From: Camelus dromedarius
Taxonomy: Eukaryota
DNA length: 64,000 nucleotides
Reading direction: 5' to 3'
Assembly (NCBI RefSeq): GCF_036321535.1
Contig: NC_087437.1
Coordinates: 48,858,001 to 48,922,000, forward strand
A program made the translations under genes and the position numbers. Every line of letters begins with the position of its first letter. Within the stretch, counting starts at the first letter, position 1. The notes below the pieces were generated by a model that saw nothing but the letters and a program-made list of their open reading frames with translations, did no database searches and was not told where the DNA came from. Below, one piece after another: positions 1 through 13,239 of this stretch.

Positions 1-2138
1 GATAAAGACTTTCACATGAGAGTGTGTTGCAGGGTGATACCAAATAATTGGATTTATGGGAAGGTTTTGTTCCACAGTGTTTAGATAAAGAATACTGAGC
101 AGGAAGACAGACTGCCCTTGGTTTTGTCCATTTGGTATCTGAAGTGTTTTTTATGTGCATAATTTGTGTTAATTTGTTATGTGCATAAAAAAGCTAAGTG
201 ATTCTAATTTATGACTGAAGTATATAGTTAAAAATATTTGCCAGGTCAGTGTATGTATAGCCCTAGCCCTCAAATTTATTATTGTTGAGGTTAAGATGTG
301 ATGATATTAAATGCTTTTTCCTAAAACCCCCAATAACAGAATTTTTAGGTAAGGTGTGCAGTCCTTGTACACTATCAAGTAATTTCATATCCTGATTAAA
401 AATTTGCCCACAAATGTCTTCCTATCCGTCAAAGTTAGAGACAAATAAAATTGTTAGCCTTTTTATTCTTAGTTCTCTTCAATTGTAGGGTTATAAATTA
501 ACTATAAGCTATGAGAAGAATTTTCACTGATCCCCAAATTGATAAATACAGCATAAAGAAAGTGATTTTTCATTTTCTTGCATGTGGGACAGATTGACTA
601 AAATCCTTCTGTAAAAACTGAATGGGAAAGGAAGAAGCACAAAACCATTAAAAAAAAAATAGGTTAGCCCACAGAGTTCTTTAGAACTATTAAATAGGCA
701 ATAAGTATTAAAATTTCATTATTTACAAAAGACTAATAAACCCAATGTCCTTAAAAACATGTATATTTAAGTACTGTAGAACCAAGAGGCGCTTTTTTTT
801 TTTTAAATAGCACATGCTCAGATTCAGAAGTGAAAAGCCACTCCCCAGAGGTATCCATTCATTGTTAATAGGTAGCCTTCCAAACTTACTTTGAGAGGGG
901 TGCATCTTTTTTGGCTACTAGTTACATGAGATGATGCTATGGTAGAACTTGCCAGCAGAAAAACCCCTAAAGGTCTTATATGGCTTAAGTAGTTTCAGTA
1001 TATATATGTGAAGTCATATATCTGAGCTAAATAAGGAAGTAAGAGTTGATATTAAATGGGGATAAAAACGATCTTTCCCTGAAACCCTGGGAAGCCTAGG
1101 ATTCTTGGGTTTTGGCATCACCTTTTAAGCCTTCCATGTGCCTAAAACTGTTTCGCAAAATGGTCTGGGTATCTGTTGACAGGTCAGTCACCACTGGTAA
1201 AATTAGACTAGGGATACACAAAAATTTTAAGTAGTTAACTATTTTAATCTGGAGTTAAGAAAAAGTATATTGAACCAGTGAGTTGTAATGAAAACTTACC
1301 TGAGACATTGCTTAGGACAAGGCTGAGGGAGGTTGGTTAAGTAAATAATTTCTTAAAAAAGTACAGGTATATAGGTTAGCAAAACAACCCAAAGAACAAG
1401 GAAACACTCGGTGTTTTACTTTTTGTTCTGAATTTCCATTCACGTCAGCCATTCTTTTGTGGCTGGGATACGTCATCTTTTTGTAGCTATTGTTTGCTAT
1501 GAGTCTAGTGTTTTAACTTGAGAAGGGTCTCTTCAAATTGATGTTAACTGAATATTGCAGTTAGATTGGGAAATAGTATTTGTGTCCTGCAAACTGACAT
1601 TTTTTGAGGTAGAAATGGACTAGTTAGTTTTCTCAGACTTTGCCTACGATGAGCTTAGTCTACTAAAGACAGATGAATGGAAAACTGCTTATAATGCTGC
1701 TAAGTCCTATGTCAAGATTTGTTGGAAATGAGTAAAGGAAAATTACTTTTATACTGGGATTTTCCAGAAGGCTTCAAGGAACTTGGATTTGAACTGATCT
1801 ACAGGTTTAGCAAAATTCTGAAGGACAAATAGGATGTTCATTGTAAAGTCTCATTCAGTCTTCCTATCTTTTGCTTTAAACAGTTCGGATCCCCTGAACC
1901 CTTCTATTCAAATATCATATACTGAATTTGCTGATTCCTTACTTTAAAATTTTAGTTATTAGGATATGTGCTTGAATGGATGATAGTGATTTATAACCCA
2001 TGATTAACCTATGATAGCATTTGATTTTCATTTCAGGGAACTGTTGCAATAAAGTAATAATTGTAGCCTGCTATAGTTAAACTTAGGGCAAGTGGTGGTA
2101 ATTTGAAACTGCACTCAACTGCCAGTTGAAAATGTCAG

Positions 2139-2220
2139 TTATGTTGAACCATAGGAAATTGCCAGGAGCTGACCAGTTTTGACCCACAAAAGTGACAGTT
2201 ACTTATGGTTCAATCTAATA
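2139..2220. mobile_element. MADE2-like mariner MITE
   Basis: About 80 bp with terminal inverted repeats ttatgttgaaccata ... tatggttcaatctaa; resembles the MADE2 consensus as recalled. Confidence 0.7.
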
Positions 2221-4819
2221 ATACATTTTTAAGTATAATTACTTACTTTAGAAATCCAGGTAAGGATCTGATAATCCAGATTCACCCCTAATTACTGGAT
2301 GAAGGAGGTACACAGTCTGTAAGGAAATATATTTTGTTTTTTAAAATGGTTTATCAGTGGATCACTTTAGATTCAGATTCATCTGTATCTTTTCTATTAC
2401 TATTTCAAATACTGAAATAAGGTGCATAAAAGTGACCCTAGATAAACTAAAGCAGCTTTATAGCAGGATTTCATCAGTGCATTTGCTTTCCTGTTTCTTC
2501 CTTTGTTAATATGAAAAGATGTTTTAGGTATAAGTACAGAATTGGGGGTTACTATCGTTCTAACTTTTTCTACATTCCATTTAATCCAGCTAGAGAGGGT
2601 TGGACTAGGTGATCCCTTAAGGTCCATTCCAGTATTAATATAATTTGAGTGTAATCATATGTTGGATCCTAGGAGACACTTAACCATAGTCCAGAGTGCT
2701 CTCAACAAGAGTACACTGAAATGAAATGGTGTGTGTTTTATGTATCCATCCCAGACATTTCCAACTACACTGTATGCAATCTGAAGATACCAAAAGCAAG
2801 AGCAAAATTTTTCACTAACATACTCAGTCTGAAAGCCCCACTATTAAACTAGTTAGCAGTTTCTCAAATTTGTGTTTCAGTGACTGGTATTTTGTGGGGG
2901 GCGGGTGGAGGGTGAAATTACAGGGATATTTTCTGAATGTTTTGTACCCTTTTTACTTGATGGATTGCCAAATATAGCTACTCATTTTCTAGTTTAGAGA
3001 CTATTTTCACTACAAACATTTCCCCAGTTTCTCTCGATGAACTAATTTATACTTGTTGCTTGGAGCTCATACCTCAACCTCTTGGAGCTTCATTTTTCAG
3101 TGTGCCATTTTCAGGTTGTAAAGAAAAGTGTCATGTAAATAATTACACTTGAAATTAATTGAACATTAATTGAAACAGAACTAAGGTCACAACAAGTATT
3201 AACATATTCCAAATTATACCTTAACACTGGACTATGACTTTGTCATTGGGTCAGGAATAACAGGTTAATTAACAGTGGATAGACGCTCTTCTTAAATCCT
3301 GTTGCTAAGGCAACATTTGGCTCCAAGCAGATACACAGCACTAAACAACAGTGCCAACAAAAAGTAAAGCTTGGGTTTTAACTTTCCTGGTACTCAAGGT
3401 TACTCTCAGTCCAGGATTCTTTATGTAACCAAAAACCTACTACAGCATTCTAAGTAAGTGTTTTTTTTTAAACTTTACCTTAGATTTATAATTTTTTATA
3501 ATACATTCAGTTCAAGTTTTTGAGACGGTTTCTAGATTTTTATTGAAATTAACATGTTTGGGGGATCATTTATGCTCAGTAAAATGTGACCCCCACTGTA
3601 TACTTCTGAAGTGCAAAATAACTTACAGGCTGTGATCAACACCAAGATGTCTTATAAGTTCTCTCTGAGGTAGTAGAACTCAGTATTTCAGCTTAAAGTG
3701 TTTAAACTTAAAACTTGTTTAATGTAAATGAAGTGTTGTGCCTGAATTACTTAAAATATAACTTCTGATGCAAGGTTTTTTTTAAGGTAGGGCATGAATT
3801 TTCAGTTTGCTGAACACTATAACTTTTTAGTATGGCATAGTCCAATATAGGTTTTACTCTTGTGTTAAGATGCTAGTTACCCAGTTATCCAGTACTCAGT
3901 GGTTTTACCTCTAGCTGCCTTGTATCCCTGCTTCTGTTGTAACTTAGAGCACAGCAAATTAATGATAGAGAAAACTACAACCAAGCTTCTAGAATCAGCC
4001 TATATAAGGGCTAGTGGTCCATCTGTTTTCATGTAAGTTCTCAATTATTTCTTGAGTGGTTTGGGTCTCCTGGAATACTGACATGCATGACTTGTTTAAA
4101 TGCTTCCATAAGTATTTCTATCATCTGGAAAAGAATTTGCTTAAAACTAAGGATGGCAAAAGATCTAACTTCAAGACCACTCATTATCACTCACTTTCAT
4201 CACCAGCAAAGCAAGTTTATAAAGTAGCAAAGGGCTCAGCTAATGTCAACCAGAGGCTCAGTGAAGGCAAGAGGGAAGAGGCTAAGTAGGAAAACTAAAC
4301 CTCTGGTATGCCGGTTCTAATACTAAGGCCGTGGATAGGCATTCCCTCTACACGTATTTGTTGAGGATTAATAGATACATATAGATAACCAAGTTATAAG
4401 TGAACATAGTAAACTAGAGAAGATATTCAGGGCTTATAGTTTCACTAGCTGTGTAACTTCAGAAAGCATTTTGTTTTCCTATTCATAAAGTGTGGAAGAA
4501 TCCTCACAATTCAGGTTGGCCGTTATTTCCCCTGCCCTTAACAAATGAGGAAACAGAACCGTAAGTGTAGCCCTAAGCGTGTAGATGCCTTGCTCAGAGT
4601 TGCCTGGGTGTTATTACAGAAGTTTGACTTGAAACCTGTACCCTCCTATTCCCTAGTGGTGTATTCAACCATATCTTCCTCCCCCTTTTGAAAAGTCTGT
4701 ATCTGTAAGCACCAACTGATCGATAAAAAGGCCCCAAGGTAGAAATTTTATGACAAGTACTGGACTCACATCTCAGTGCCACCTAGGAAAACATACTGGG
4801 GTTGTCAGATTTAAGAAAG

Positions 4820-5010
4820 GTGTAGAGGTTAACAGCACAGAACTTTGGGTTTGAGAAAGATCAGCCTCCTCACCCACCATATTTCTTTGGGCAAGTTTCT
4901 TCACTGAAGTAGTTTCATTACCTGTAGAATGTACTTAGTAAATAGTATTTACATACAGAGGAAATGCTTACCACAATGCTAGCACATTGTAAGTAGTCAA
5001 TAAATGTTAA
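4820..5010 (+). mobile_element. MIR SINE fragment
   Basis: Core-like tttgggcaagtttcttcactg...ctgtagaatg and tail agcacattgtaagtagtcaataaatgtta. Confidence 0.6.
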
Positions 5011-5375
5011 TACCACAAATATATTGCAATAAAATACCATTGAAAGATGAAGGTTCTTTTATAGATCATACTTCTATCAATTACCATGATTAGAGCCCTC
5101 AAATACCATTTTTCTTAGGGAAAAAAAGTCACGTAGGTTTGCCTACTAGCCTTTGATGAAATACGGATTATTCTGCTTGGAAAAGGCAAACCTAGAGGAA
5201 ATAAAACTGATTACCGTGAAAGAAAAATATGCTCTGCTGTGCTCCTCAGTGTTATTCTAAAGTGGTTCCCACTGTCTTAATATTTGTCTTAAAACAGGTA
5301 TGCTATTTTTGCATTAAACACTCAAAAGTATTTAGAACTGCTACATGAAATCTTTCTTTTTAAAGTTAATGCTGT

Positions 5376-5465
5376 GGGGGTGGGTATAAGCTTAGTGGTA
5401 GAGCAGCACATCCTTAGCATGCACGAGTCCCTGGGTTCAATGCCCAATACCTACATAAAAAAAAA
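5376..5465 (+). mobile_element. tRNA-Ala-derived SINE (camelid vic-1-like)
   Basis: gggggtgggtataagcttagtggtagagc (A box) ... gggttcaatgccc (B box) followed by an A-tail; degenerate flanking repeat tttaaagttaatgct / tttaaaaattaatact. Confidence 0.8.
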
Positions 5466-5621
5466 TTCTTTAAAAATTAATACTTGATTGCCTGTGGATA
5501 TATTATCACATGTTCTACTTGGTCTGAAAAATCTACTATTTAGTTGGTAATCTCTTTCTTAATTAAAGCTCTTGTTCATAGAAACATTTTTTTGATTAGT
5601 CCAAAGAACTGAAGTAAAAGA

Positions 5622-6169
5622 TACGGTTGATCCTCATTAGCAGCTTCCTTACAAATTCACCCATCACTAAAATTATACCCCCCAAATCAACAATCGAGGT
5701 GTTTTCCTGGTTGGCCATGGACATGCAAAATGGTGAAAAATACGGCTCACCTGACAGCCATAAACTGATGCTCTGCCTTGTTTCACTTTTCCTACTGTAA
5801 ATGAAGTATCCTTTTTGTGGTCTATTTAAGTGCCAAGTTTTTCACATTTATGTTCTTTTTTATTTTTTATTTTTCCCCCCTTTTAAGTTGGCTTTCATGC
5901 TTAATGAAGTGCTGCTGTCTAGTGTTCCTAAATGCGAGAAGGCTGTGATGTGCCAGCATGAAGGTACAGTGTTGTTGGCTGTGAGTTCAGTGTAAATGAA
6001 TCATAAACAGAAACACATAAAACAAGATTAAATACTGACTGGCTGACAAAAACGTTGTGACCAGAGGCTCAGAGGAAACCCATACTTCCCCTAGGAAAAC
6101 TGGTTCAGTATTCACTAATTTAGTGTTCTCAATGAACATAAGTACTTTGAATAACAAGACTCAGCTGTA
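5622..6169. mobile_element. TcMar-Tigger non-autonomous DNA transposon (MER82-like)
   Basis: Ends tacggttgatcctc / gactcagctgta; internal gtctagtgttcctaaatgcgagaaggctgtgatgtgcc and gttgtgaccagaggctc resemble recalled MER82. Confidence 0.65.
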
Positions 6170-7309
6170 CCTTAATACCCCCTTGACCCTAGAAATAGCC
6201 AGATGCTTCATCATACTCTAAATCATAAAGACTTGATCAGATTTTAAACAAGGAAATGGGATGGAATATAAGCCAGAAGGGCAGATACACCCCAACTTTA
6301 AAATGTCCCTAAACACATTCCATCACTAAATATGACCATCTCCATCATTTTGACTTTGAAAGTCTTTGTGTTCTCCATTTACAATTAACAACTTCAGGAT
6401 AATTTAAGAAAGTTTAGATGGTAGTATAATTTATCACCTTAGAACTGAACATAATGAGTATTCCTTTTAGTGCCACAGGCTAGCTATCTTAACCTCAGAT
6501 GTTTTATAAAGGCACTCCGGTTACAATCCTTATACATTTTACATTAGAGCAATAGCCATTTACACTGAAATGTCATTTAAATATACCAGTGTATACATTC
6601 TCAAGAAGTCCCAGTTATACTTTGATAACAACAGCATTTCAGTTTTCAGTTTCACTAACTGTTCAAGCTTGCTCATAACAAATGCAAAACTTTTGATTAT
6701 GTTGAAAAATAACCAATTAAAGCAATACTTGACAAATGGTCAGCCTATTTAAGGAGCTAGCTAAACAAAATGTAAACACTTTCTTGATTGAAAACAAGAC
6801 CTGTACTCTCAAATCTTTATCATATTATTACAGTTTTAAATATTTATCTGAACTGTGTCAGTGATAAATACATACTAGATTAAAAATTTCTTAAACTTGT
6901 GGCTAAATTCACTTTTCACTTCAAGGTTTCAGATGGCTGGGGGAGTCCTCTGTACCTTGAACAGCCTTCCCTCCCAATGAGATGAGTCCCTACTGAACCA
7001 CCTGTGCTAATTCCATCATAACATCACACTGTACTTCATCAGTATCAGTCTCCCAGCAGACTGGGGATCCCTTGAGAGCAGAGACTGTCTTGTTCACTTT
7101 GCCTTGAAGTGCGTACCAAATGAGTTATGTGCCAATGAGTAATGAACAATAGTTCTATTCAAATAGTATGTATTTATAATTATTGTGTATCAGCCTGTAA
7201 GTATCCTATAATGTGATATAAAATCCTCAAAGTTTAAAAAAGAAATTTATACCAAGGCTTTGATTTAGCCTGAGCTAAATCATTTTTAAAATTTGTGGCT
7301 TTGAGGCAT

Positions 7310-7315
7310 TTTATT
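7310..7315 (-). terminator. DNAJC19: DNAJC19 proximal polyadenylation signal AATAAA
   Basis: tttatt on the + strand, 62 nt past the TGA stop. Confidence 0.65.
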
Positions 7316-7377
7316 ATAAAAAGGTGGTATTCATATACATAAATGAATAAGAACTTAAAATTCATCATACATTTACT

Positions 7378-7448
7378 TCATTTTTTAGCTTGACCTTCTA
7401 GTAAATCTTTAGCTTCATTGATTTTGGCTGCTATATAAGGAGATCCAC
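7378..7448 (-). CDS. DNAJC19: DNAJC19 exon 6 coding part ([23 protein letters not shown])
   Basis: Acceptor ttcttcctatag; TGA at 7380-7378. Confidence 0.97.
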
Positions 7449-10400
7449 CTATAGGAAGAAAGAAAGAAAGAAGGAATAGTTATAATATGGATTCTCAATT
7501 TCTGCTTGGTGAAAAGCTATTCTCTTGTTTCAAAGATCCCTATGCTTATCTAAGAGGTGGAATTAGCAGAAATGGTGTTTTGGCTTTTTAAAATAACTTG
7601 ACACTGGAACTGGACAAATACTTGGTTCATATATCTGACCAGTGGGAAATGAGGTAATTCATAGGACAGATTTCCACAAAAATGGCACCTTTTAAAAAAG
7701 CTTATATTGATAGTAATGATTAAAAAAATTATCATACTTACGTGACTTTTAAATAGTGTAAGTTACCCATTCATGATGACTAAAAGTCATAAATGAACAC
7801 CAATTTATTTTACTGTGTTATTTTTAAAACCATGAAATTCTCAGAGGCTTCTGAGCTTTGCTGCAAAGATCCACTTTGCTTTAGCCTTTTTTCCTATTAC
7901 TAAACTGCCCTTTTATGATGTCACCTACAGCTGCTTTCCTACTAAACTGCTTCAAGCAGTGCTTCTCAAGAAAGTGTGGTCCTCAGACCAGCAAGCATCC
8001 GCAATCAGTAACAAGCTTACTAGAACTGAATATTTATAGGCTCTACCTTAGACGTAATGAATCAGAAGCCTTCCAGTTAATACAAGCTATGTCGTAAAAG
8101 AGGTTATACAGTCAGATACCAATTATAACCCTATTTAAACTCAAAACCTCCTTTCTTAAGGAGAGGCCTCTCCTATGAAAGTAAAAGGATTTGAACACTG
8201 GAACGTGGGTTTTGTGGTTTATATATTGCTATTCCATTTGGTCTCCCAACACAGTCTGGGCTGCTTAGTAGGGAATCAGAAACCAATATATACATCCTAT
8301 AGGTTTCTAACTAGGTAACCTCTAGTTAAAAGGTCAAATAGATAGGAAAAAATTACCCTTTAGTTTCACTGAAATTCAACATTTTCTTTAATTAAGAATG
8401 TAGACCCTCCCCAACAGTAGCAGTAGCAGTATTTGAGACTCACTACTGGAAGTCACATCACAGCTGCAGATTTCAAAACATGGTTAATGCTTATCACTAC
8501 TTCCAAATTATAGCAGTTACTAGATCTGCTCAATCTATAAATAAATTTTTCATGCAGAATTTATTAAGACATCAACAAATGTATCCAGCCTGGGAGACAG
8601 TGTTCACATACAGATCTAGGCATTTCCCTTATAACAGCCAAAAATCAGATATAAAATTATCCCATTAATAATTAGTCATTCCAATAAAATGTAACAATAG
8701 TTTGATGACTACTTACCCTTGTCTGGGTGATTTAAAAGCATAATTCGTCGATGAGCATCCCTTATTTTTCCTTTATTGGCAGTAGGGCTAATTTAAAAAG
8801 AATAAGGTATTGTTTAGACTAGTTCTGGATCACATCAGAAAACTACTTTATAAAGTCAAGTAAAGATACTGTGAAAATGAAGTCAACACAACAGTATGAA
8901 AAGCTATTAAGGAATCTCTTCTCTTAACACACAGAAAGTTGAGTATTCTGAATCAAACAACTAAACAGAGCACCTTAGGAAAAATAAGGCATTCTCAAAC
9001 AAAAATTTAGTCGAATCTGAAACTATTCATTACAACAATCCTTTTATTGACAAAGGAAAGCATACTTAAGTGTTTGGAAACAAAGGCAGAATTTCACCAC
9101 AGAAATGTGTTACACAGTTACAGAGAACAATATTGAGCACTGATTATCTGTTGAAAAATCTACCTTCAATGAGTTTAAAAAGTACTTATGTGTCAGTGTG
9201 GCTTCTCACTGGACTTTTGTAGGGAATGTTTAGATCTTAATGTACATAATAACTCCCTACTAATAAAAGAGAGGTCTTTTTTACAGTTGTTCATAGCTCC
9301 AAAGTTGACGAAAAATATTAAAAAATTATTTTACCTTACACCTAGTATTAATGCTGCTTCTCGTTTTGTCATTTTGGGTTCAAACCCACCTCTGTAATAG
9401 CCACCACTGAAGGCCTGAAAGAGAAGAAATGTTTGTAAGAAAAGATTATTAGAATAAACTGAAAGTTACTAAAAAATGTCTGTAAATGTTCATGGAACCA
9501 GCAGAAAAACTAAAATATAGTACAATTCCCATGGTATTTTAGCTTTATAAGTAACAAATATTTTAATGATCATTAAACAGACCCATTTTTTCCCCCCAAA
9601 TTAAATTGTTTTGAAGATATAAGACAAAAAGAACAGTGCCTCAAAGCCAGTTCTTCTGGGAGTAAAGGGAGGATTATTCCAAGTTAGCCATGTTCTAGAT
9701 AAAATCTGATCTCAGAATATGACTGTATGTTTTAGAAGAAGTGACTCAAAAAGAGGATTTAGAGGTCTTTTGAGACAAGTGGTTCAAGGTTATTTTGAGG
9801 TTCAAGGCTAAAATAAAATAAGACCTTAGGGTATGTATTGAAAAAAATCAGCTTATTAGGTCCAGAATTATATGTCAGAAATCATACTGGTAAAACCTAC
9901 CACCACCCTACTCTATCACATTCAATCACAACAATAAAAACCAATACTCTACAGGCTGTCACAGTCAAATTTACTCTGAATTGTGACCACAGAAGGTATG
10001 ATCATCACATCCAGCCATACTCTAGAGCCTAATTAACTGCAGTGTTACCCAAGTATCATGTTACGGAGTGCCAGGGCCACATAGACCCCTAGATCCCTCT
10101 GTGCTTGTGATGCAGAGCAAGATGAGGGAGGGCACGAATGTGGACAGATTATGCTGAAGGTAACTATGTGAACAATAGAGTGATACTAACTTTCATGATA
10201 CTAGAACTATTAAGACCTATGTCCCAAATCCATCTCACATAACATTTGATTTTAGGGTAGCACCATTACACAGCTCAGAACTTCTAAACCCTTTTTGTGG
10301 GAAGCAAGAGAAGGGGTCCAAAGCAATCAGTGAGAACTTCATGGATGTCTGGAAATTTACCCTCCTCAAGTGTGGCTCTAGGCTTCATACACAGACAGTA

Positions 10401-11442
10401 AAGAATTAGCAAAAATGTTTAGCAAATCTTACAGATTTTGGTAGACTTTGAAAAACTTGTTTTACTTGCGGCTCCATATGCTTCATGGCTTGCAAAGCAT
10501 AACGGCCTAAAAATAAAAGCAATAATATGATTAAAAAGTTCCCATCCTCTCCTAGTTCATTTCCACCCCCAAACCATAAACAAACCTGCAAATCCTGCAG
10601 CAGCAATGGTCAGTCCAACTGCTACCACTGTACTGGCCTGGTAAGGGGAAGGAGAGTAAGTATTTATTTCTCTTATTATTACCCTACCCTATCATGCCCA
10701 TTCTCCCATTCCAACTTATTACAAGTTTTATTTCAAAGGGAGAAACAACTTTTAGGGTGAAAATATTCTGCTCAAGGATCTGCAATTTTTATATCTAATG
10801 CATTGTAGAAGTATGGGATTTTCACTAAGGAAGAAAAAGGCAAGTCGATTTGCTTATTTACTTTTACAAAGTGAAAGGATGATTTCCCTCGCTTTGACCT
10901 CTCTTTCACCTCCAGACAAGTGGAGTCATTAAAATTCAATCAAGAGCAATGATAACAGTTTCTGCTAGAGAAGGAAGAACTGTTTACAGAGAATTCCTAT
11001 AAAATTCTTACAACCTATTTTCAACGTTAAACGTGGGCTTAACTAGACTAGCTTTTCACAGGGCCTTCGGCACTGTCCTGCCTGACGATTAAAGAACAGG
11101 AAGGAAAGCCAAATATGTTCAGGAATCGAGAAGTGTGTCAGCAAGAGCCAAGGGGGAAGATGAGCAAAGTAGAGAAAAGACTGTGATGATGTTACGGGAA
11201 GGGCAGCTATAATAGAATGCGTTTCCATCAATCTCCGATCCCCAGGGACGGCGGGCACAAAGGCCCAAGAAGGGTGAGCCAACAGCTTTGTGTCTTGGAG
11301 AGGGTGACTCTCTGGGGCGCTACAACCCCAGCCCAGAGTCGCATTAGGGAGGCAGCTGCGGCTCCTCTACTCCGAGACCTTGAACCAAGATTGAGGCCTG
11401 GGCCTGAGATCGCCCAAGAGGCCGGAAGGCCGCACTCACCAT
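7378..11442 (-). CDS. DNAJC19: DnaJ homolog subfamily C member 19 / mitochondrial import motor subunit TIM14, 116 aa; join(11440-11442,10586-10637,10433-10506,9335-9414,8717-8787,7378-7448)
   Basis: Manual splicing gives 3+52+74+80+71+71=351 nt: [117 protein letters not shown]-terminal hydrophobic segment, J-domain HPD motif, all introns GT-AG. Confidence 0.98.
8717..8787 (-). CDS. DNAJC19: DNAJC19 exon 5 ([23 protein letters not shown])
   Basis: ttag| acceptor, |gtaagt donor, 71 nt, contains HPD. Confidence 0.97.
9335..9414 (-). CDS. DNAJC19: DNAJC19 exon 4 ([27 protein letters not shown])
   Basis: ctctttcag| acceptor, |gtaaaa donor, 80 nt. Confidence 0.97.
10433..10506 (-). CDS. DNAJC19: DNAJC19 exon 3 ([25 protein letters not shown])
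   Basis: tttttag| acceptor, |gtaaga donor, 74 nt; seen inside ORF 10406..10606. Confidence 0.97.
10586..10637 (-). CDS. DNAJC19: DNAJC19 exon 2 ([17 protein letters not shown])
   Basis: ccttaccag| acceptor, |gtttgt donor, 52 nt. Confidence 0.97.
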
Positions 11443-11830
11443 GGCTCCCGCTCGGCTCCCCTGCCTCCACCGGGAGAGCGGTTCATCCCAGTCCAGAGGC
11501 CGCAGCCACCAGCTCTGCGCCTCTACCACAAAGCAACGCAGGCTCCGCTACAGGTACAAGCCGCCCAGACACGGGCGCCCCGGGAAATACGGCAGTGGCG
11601 GCCGTAAACCAGGCCGGGAAACTGTCGTAAAAGGAGACAGCCGACGGGAAGGAAAAGGTCGCTCAAGCAGTGGGCAGGTGGAGAACACGACTTCGGATTG
11701 GTGGATGGGTGGGCGGATCACCTCCTTACTGGGCTCAAAGGTGGGGCTTCTCGGTGTTTTGCTCTTTGCTCCTTGGCCGAGGGTATTCGGAAATTCCTGC
11801 GGGGAAGGGTACTGGTGTAGAAGGGCGTGA
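11230..11830. promoter_or_regulatory. CpG-island promoter of DNAJC19, probably bidirectional
   Basis: Local GC/CpG enrichment in an AT-rich window; CCAAT on the minus strand (attgg at ~11697), GC box gggtgggcgg at ~11707, ETS ccggaag at 11422; no TATA box. Confidence 0.8.
11440..11442 (-). CDS. DNAJC19: DNAJC19 exon 1 coding part (ATG only)
   Basis: GGAGCCATG|GTGAGT: strong Kozak context followed immediately by a consensus donor. Confidence 0.93.
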
Positions 11831-12879
11831 GCAAATACTGTGTAGCTTCACTCGGAACGTTTTTCTTTTTCTACCTCAGCACTTCCATTTGCCATTTATT
11901 TCGTTTATAATTGTCAAGGTTAATGAGTATCCTTAAAAATGCCTAACAGCCCCATCATGAAGCCAGATAAATATGTACCAACCCAGTATACCAAAAAGAA
12001 GATGTTCCAGAAAACCGAACGAACAAGCCACATTGTGTTTCAGAGAGTGTTCGGTAGCATTCTTTTATTTAAAATAATGTTATTTAACTATGTGACTTGA
12101 CAGAAACTTGTGTGAATGTTTGGGGTTTTGTTTTGTAGAATGGAATTACCACTTGAAAGACAGTTAATATTCTGAACGTGAGACCTCAAAATCCCCACAA
12201 CTGAAAAATACTATTTAAAATTTCTCCTCTCCTCAAAGGAAAGAGTAGGGTTTGATTTTGCCCTTACAGAGCATCAGTTTCATATATTCTTACATAAATG
12301 CTTAAGAAGAGAAAAATAATGGAGACAGTAATGACAACTTTACAATGCAATGTTTGGATGATTAAAATAAATCTGGAGTTACTTTTCACTTAGAACTTAT
12401 AAAGTATTAGGAATCTGTTTATCCTGCAATGAAATTCTGCTTTGACCAGCGGGTTGGTTATTAGACAGATACGGAAATAGGTTGACTCTGTTTTCCTTAT
12501 CTATAAAAAGATTCTGCATTTGACTCTCCAAGAGCTCTAATAGTCCTGATATTTTCGTAATGCAAGTTATTGTCAACAAATGATCCAGCACTAAGACTCT
12601 AGTGTTAAGTGTACATCTTCCTCTTTTGCCTTTCTTCTATCTAGATTTACCTACAACTACAAAAGAAATAATCAAGTAAGGCATAAGATCTTGGGACCAA
12701 ATTGGCCAGAAAAAAAAACTGCTACTATAAAGCTTTCTATCGTGTTTAGTTTTGGTATGTACAAACTATGGCATGCAGCTTTCTTGAGGAACACAAACTC
12801 AGCCTCCGGAAACCAGAGATGGACAACACAGGGAGGCACTTGAAGTTGAAGTGAAGATTGCTTTGTTTTTGGAGGCAAA

Positions 12880-13070
12880 TCAAACTAGATGTACAGGGTG
12901 GGTCTGTCACTTACTAGTTGTGTGACTTTGGAAAAGTTATTTATGACTGAGTTTTCTCATTTGTGAAACAAGGGTAATGATTACTTTGCCAATTTTTTGT
13001 AAGGATAGAAATGTACATAGTGTGCTCTACACATAATTATCACTCAGTGTGTATCTGTAATTATTAAGAA
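12880..13070 (+). mobile_element. MIR SINE
   Basis: tctgtcacttactagttgtgtgactttggaaaagttattt...gttttctcatttgtgaaacaagg core. Confidence 0.7.
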
Positions 13071-13239
13071 GGAAGAGTGCAAATTGGCATGCAAAAGCCT
13101 TTCCAATTATCATGACACTTTGCCCATTTATGTGAGCCTGGTAATCCCTTCCCAGCCCACAAAGGGCATGCAAAGAACCCTTAAAAGCAATTTTTTTTTT
13201 TAAATGCCCATTGACTGATGAGTGAATAAGTAATCACTC

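Larger units (their letters stand above)
1..6300 (+). other. FXR1: Probable distal FXR1 3' UTR / FXR1-DNAJC19 convergent interval
   Basis: Inference from recalled mammalian synteny (FXR1 ends tail-to-tail with DNAJC19). AT-rich, no credible ORF, several + strand AATAAA (e.g. 2048-2053). No FXR1 coding exon is visible; boundaries are approximate. Confidence 0.35.

Noticed and set aside
5376..5465. SINE copies as functional tRNA genes
   Set aside because: Broken cloverleaf, A-tails and TSDs indicate retroposons.
11043..11936. Several overlapping 60-137-aa ORFs
   Set aside because: By-products of the GC-rich CpG island; no recognisable protein.
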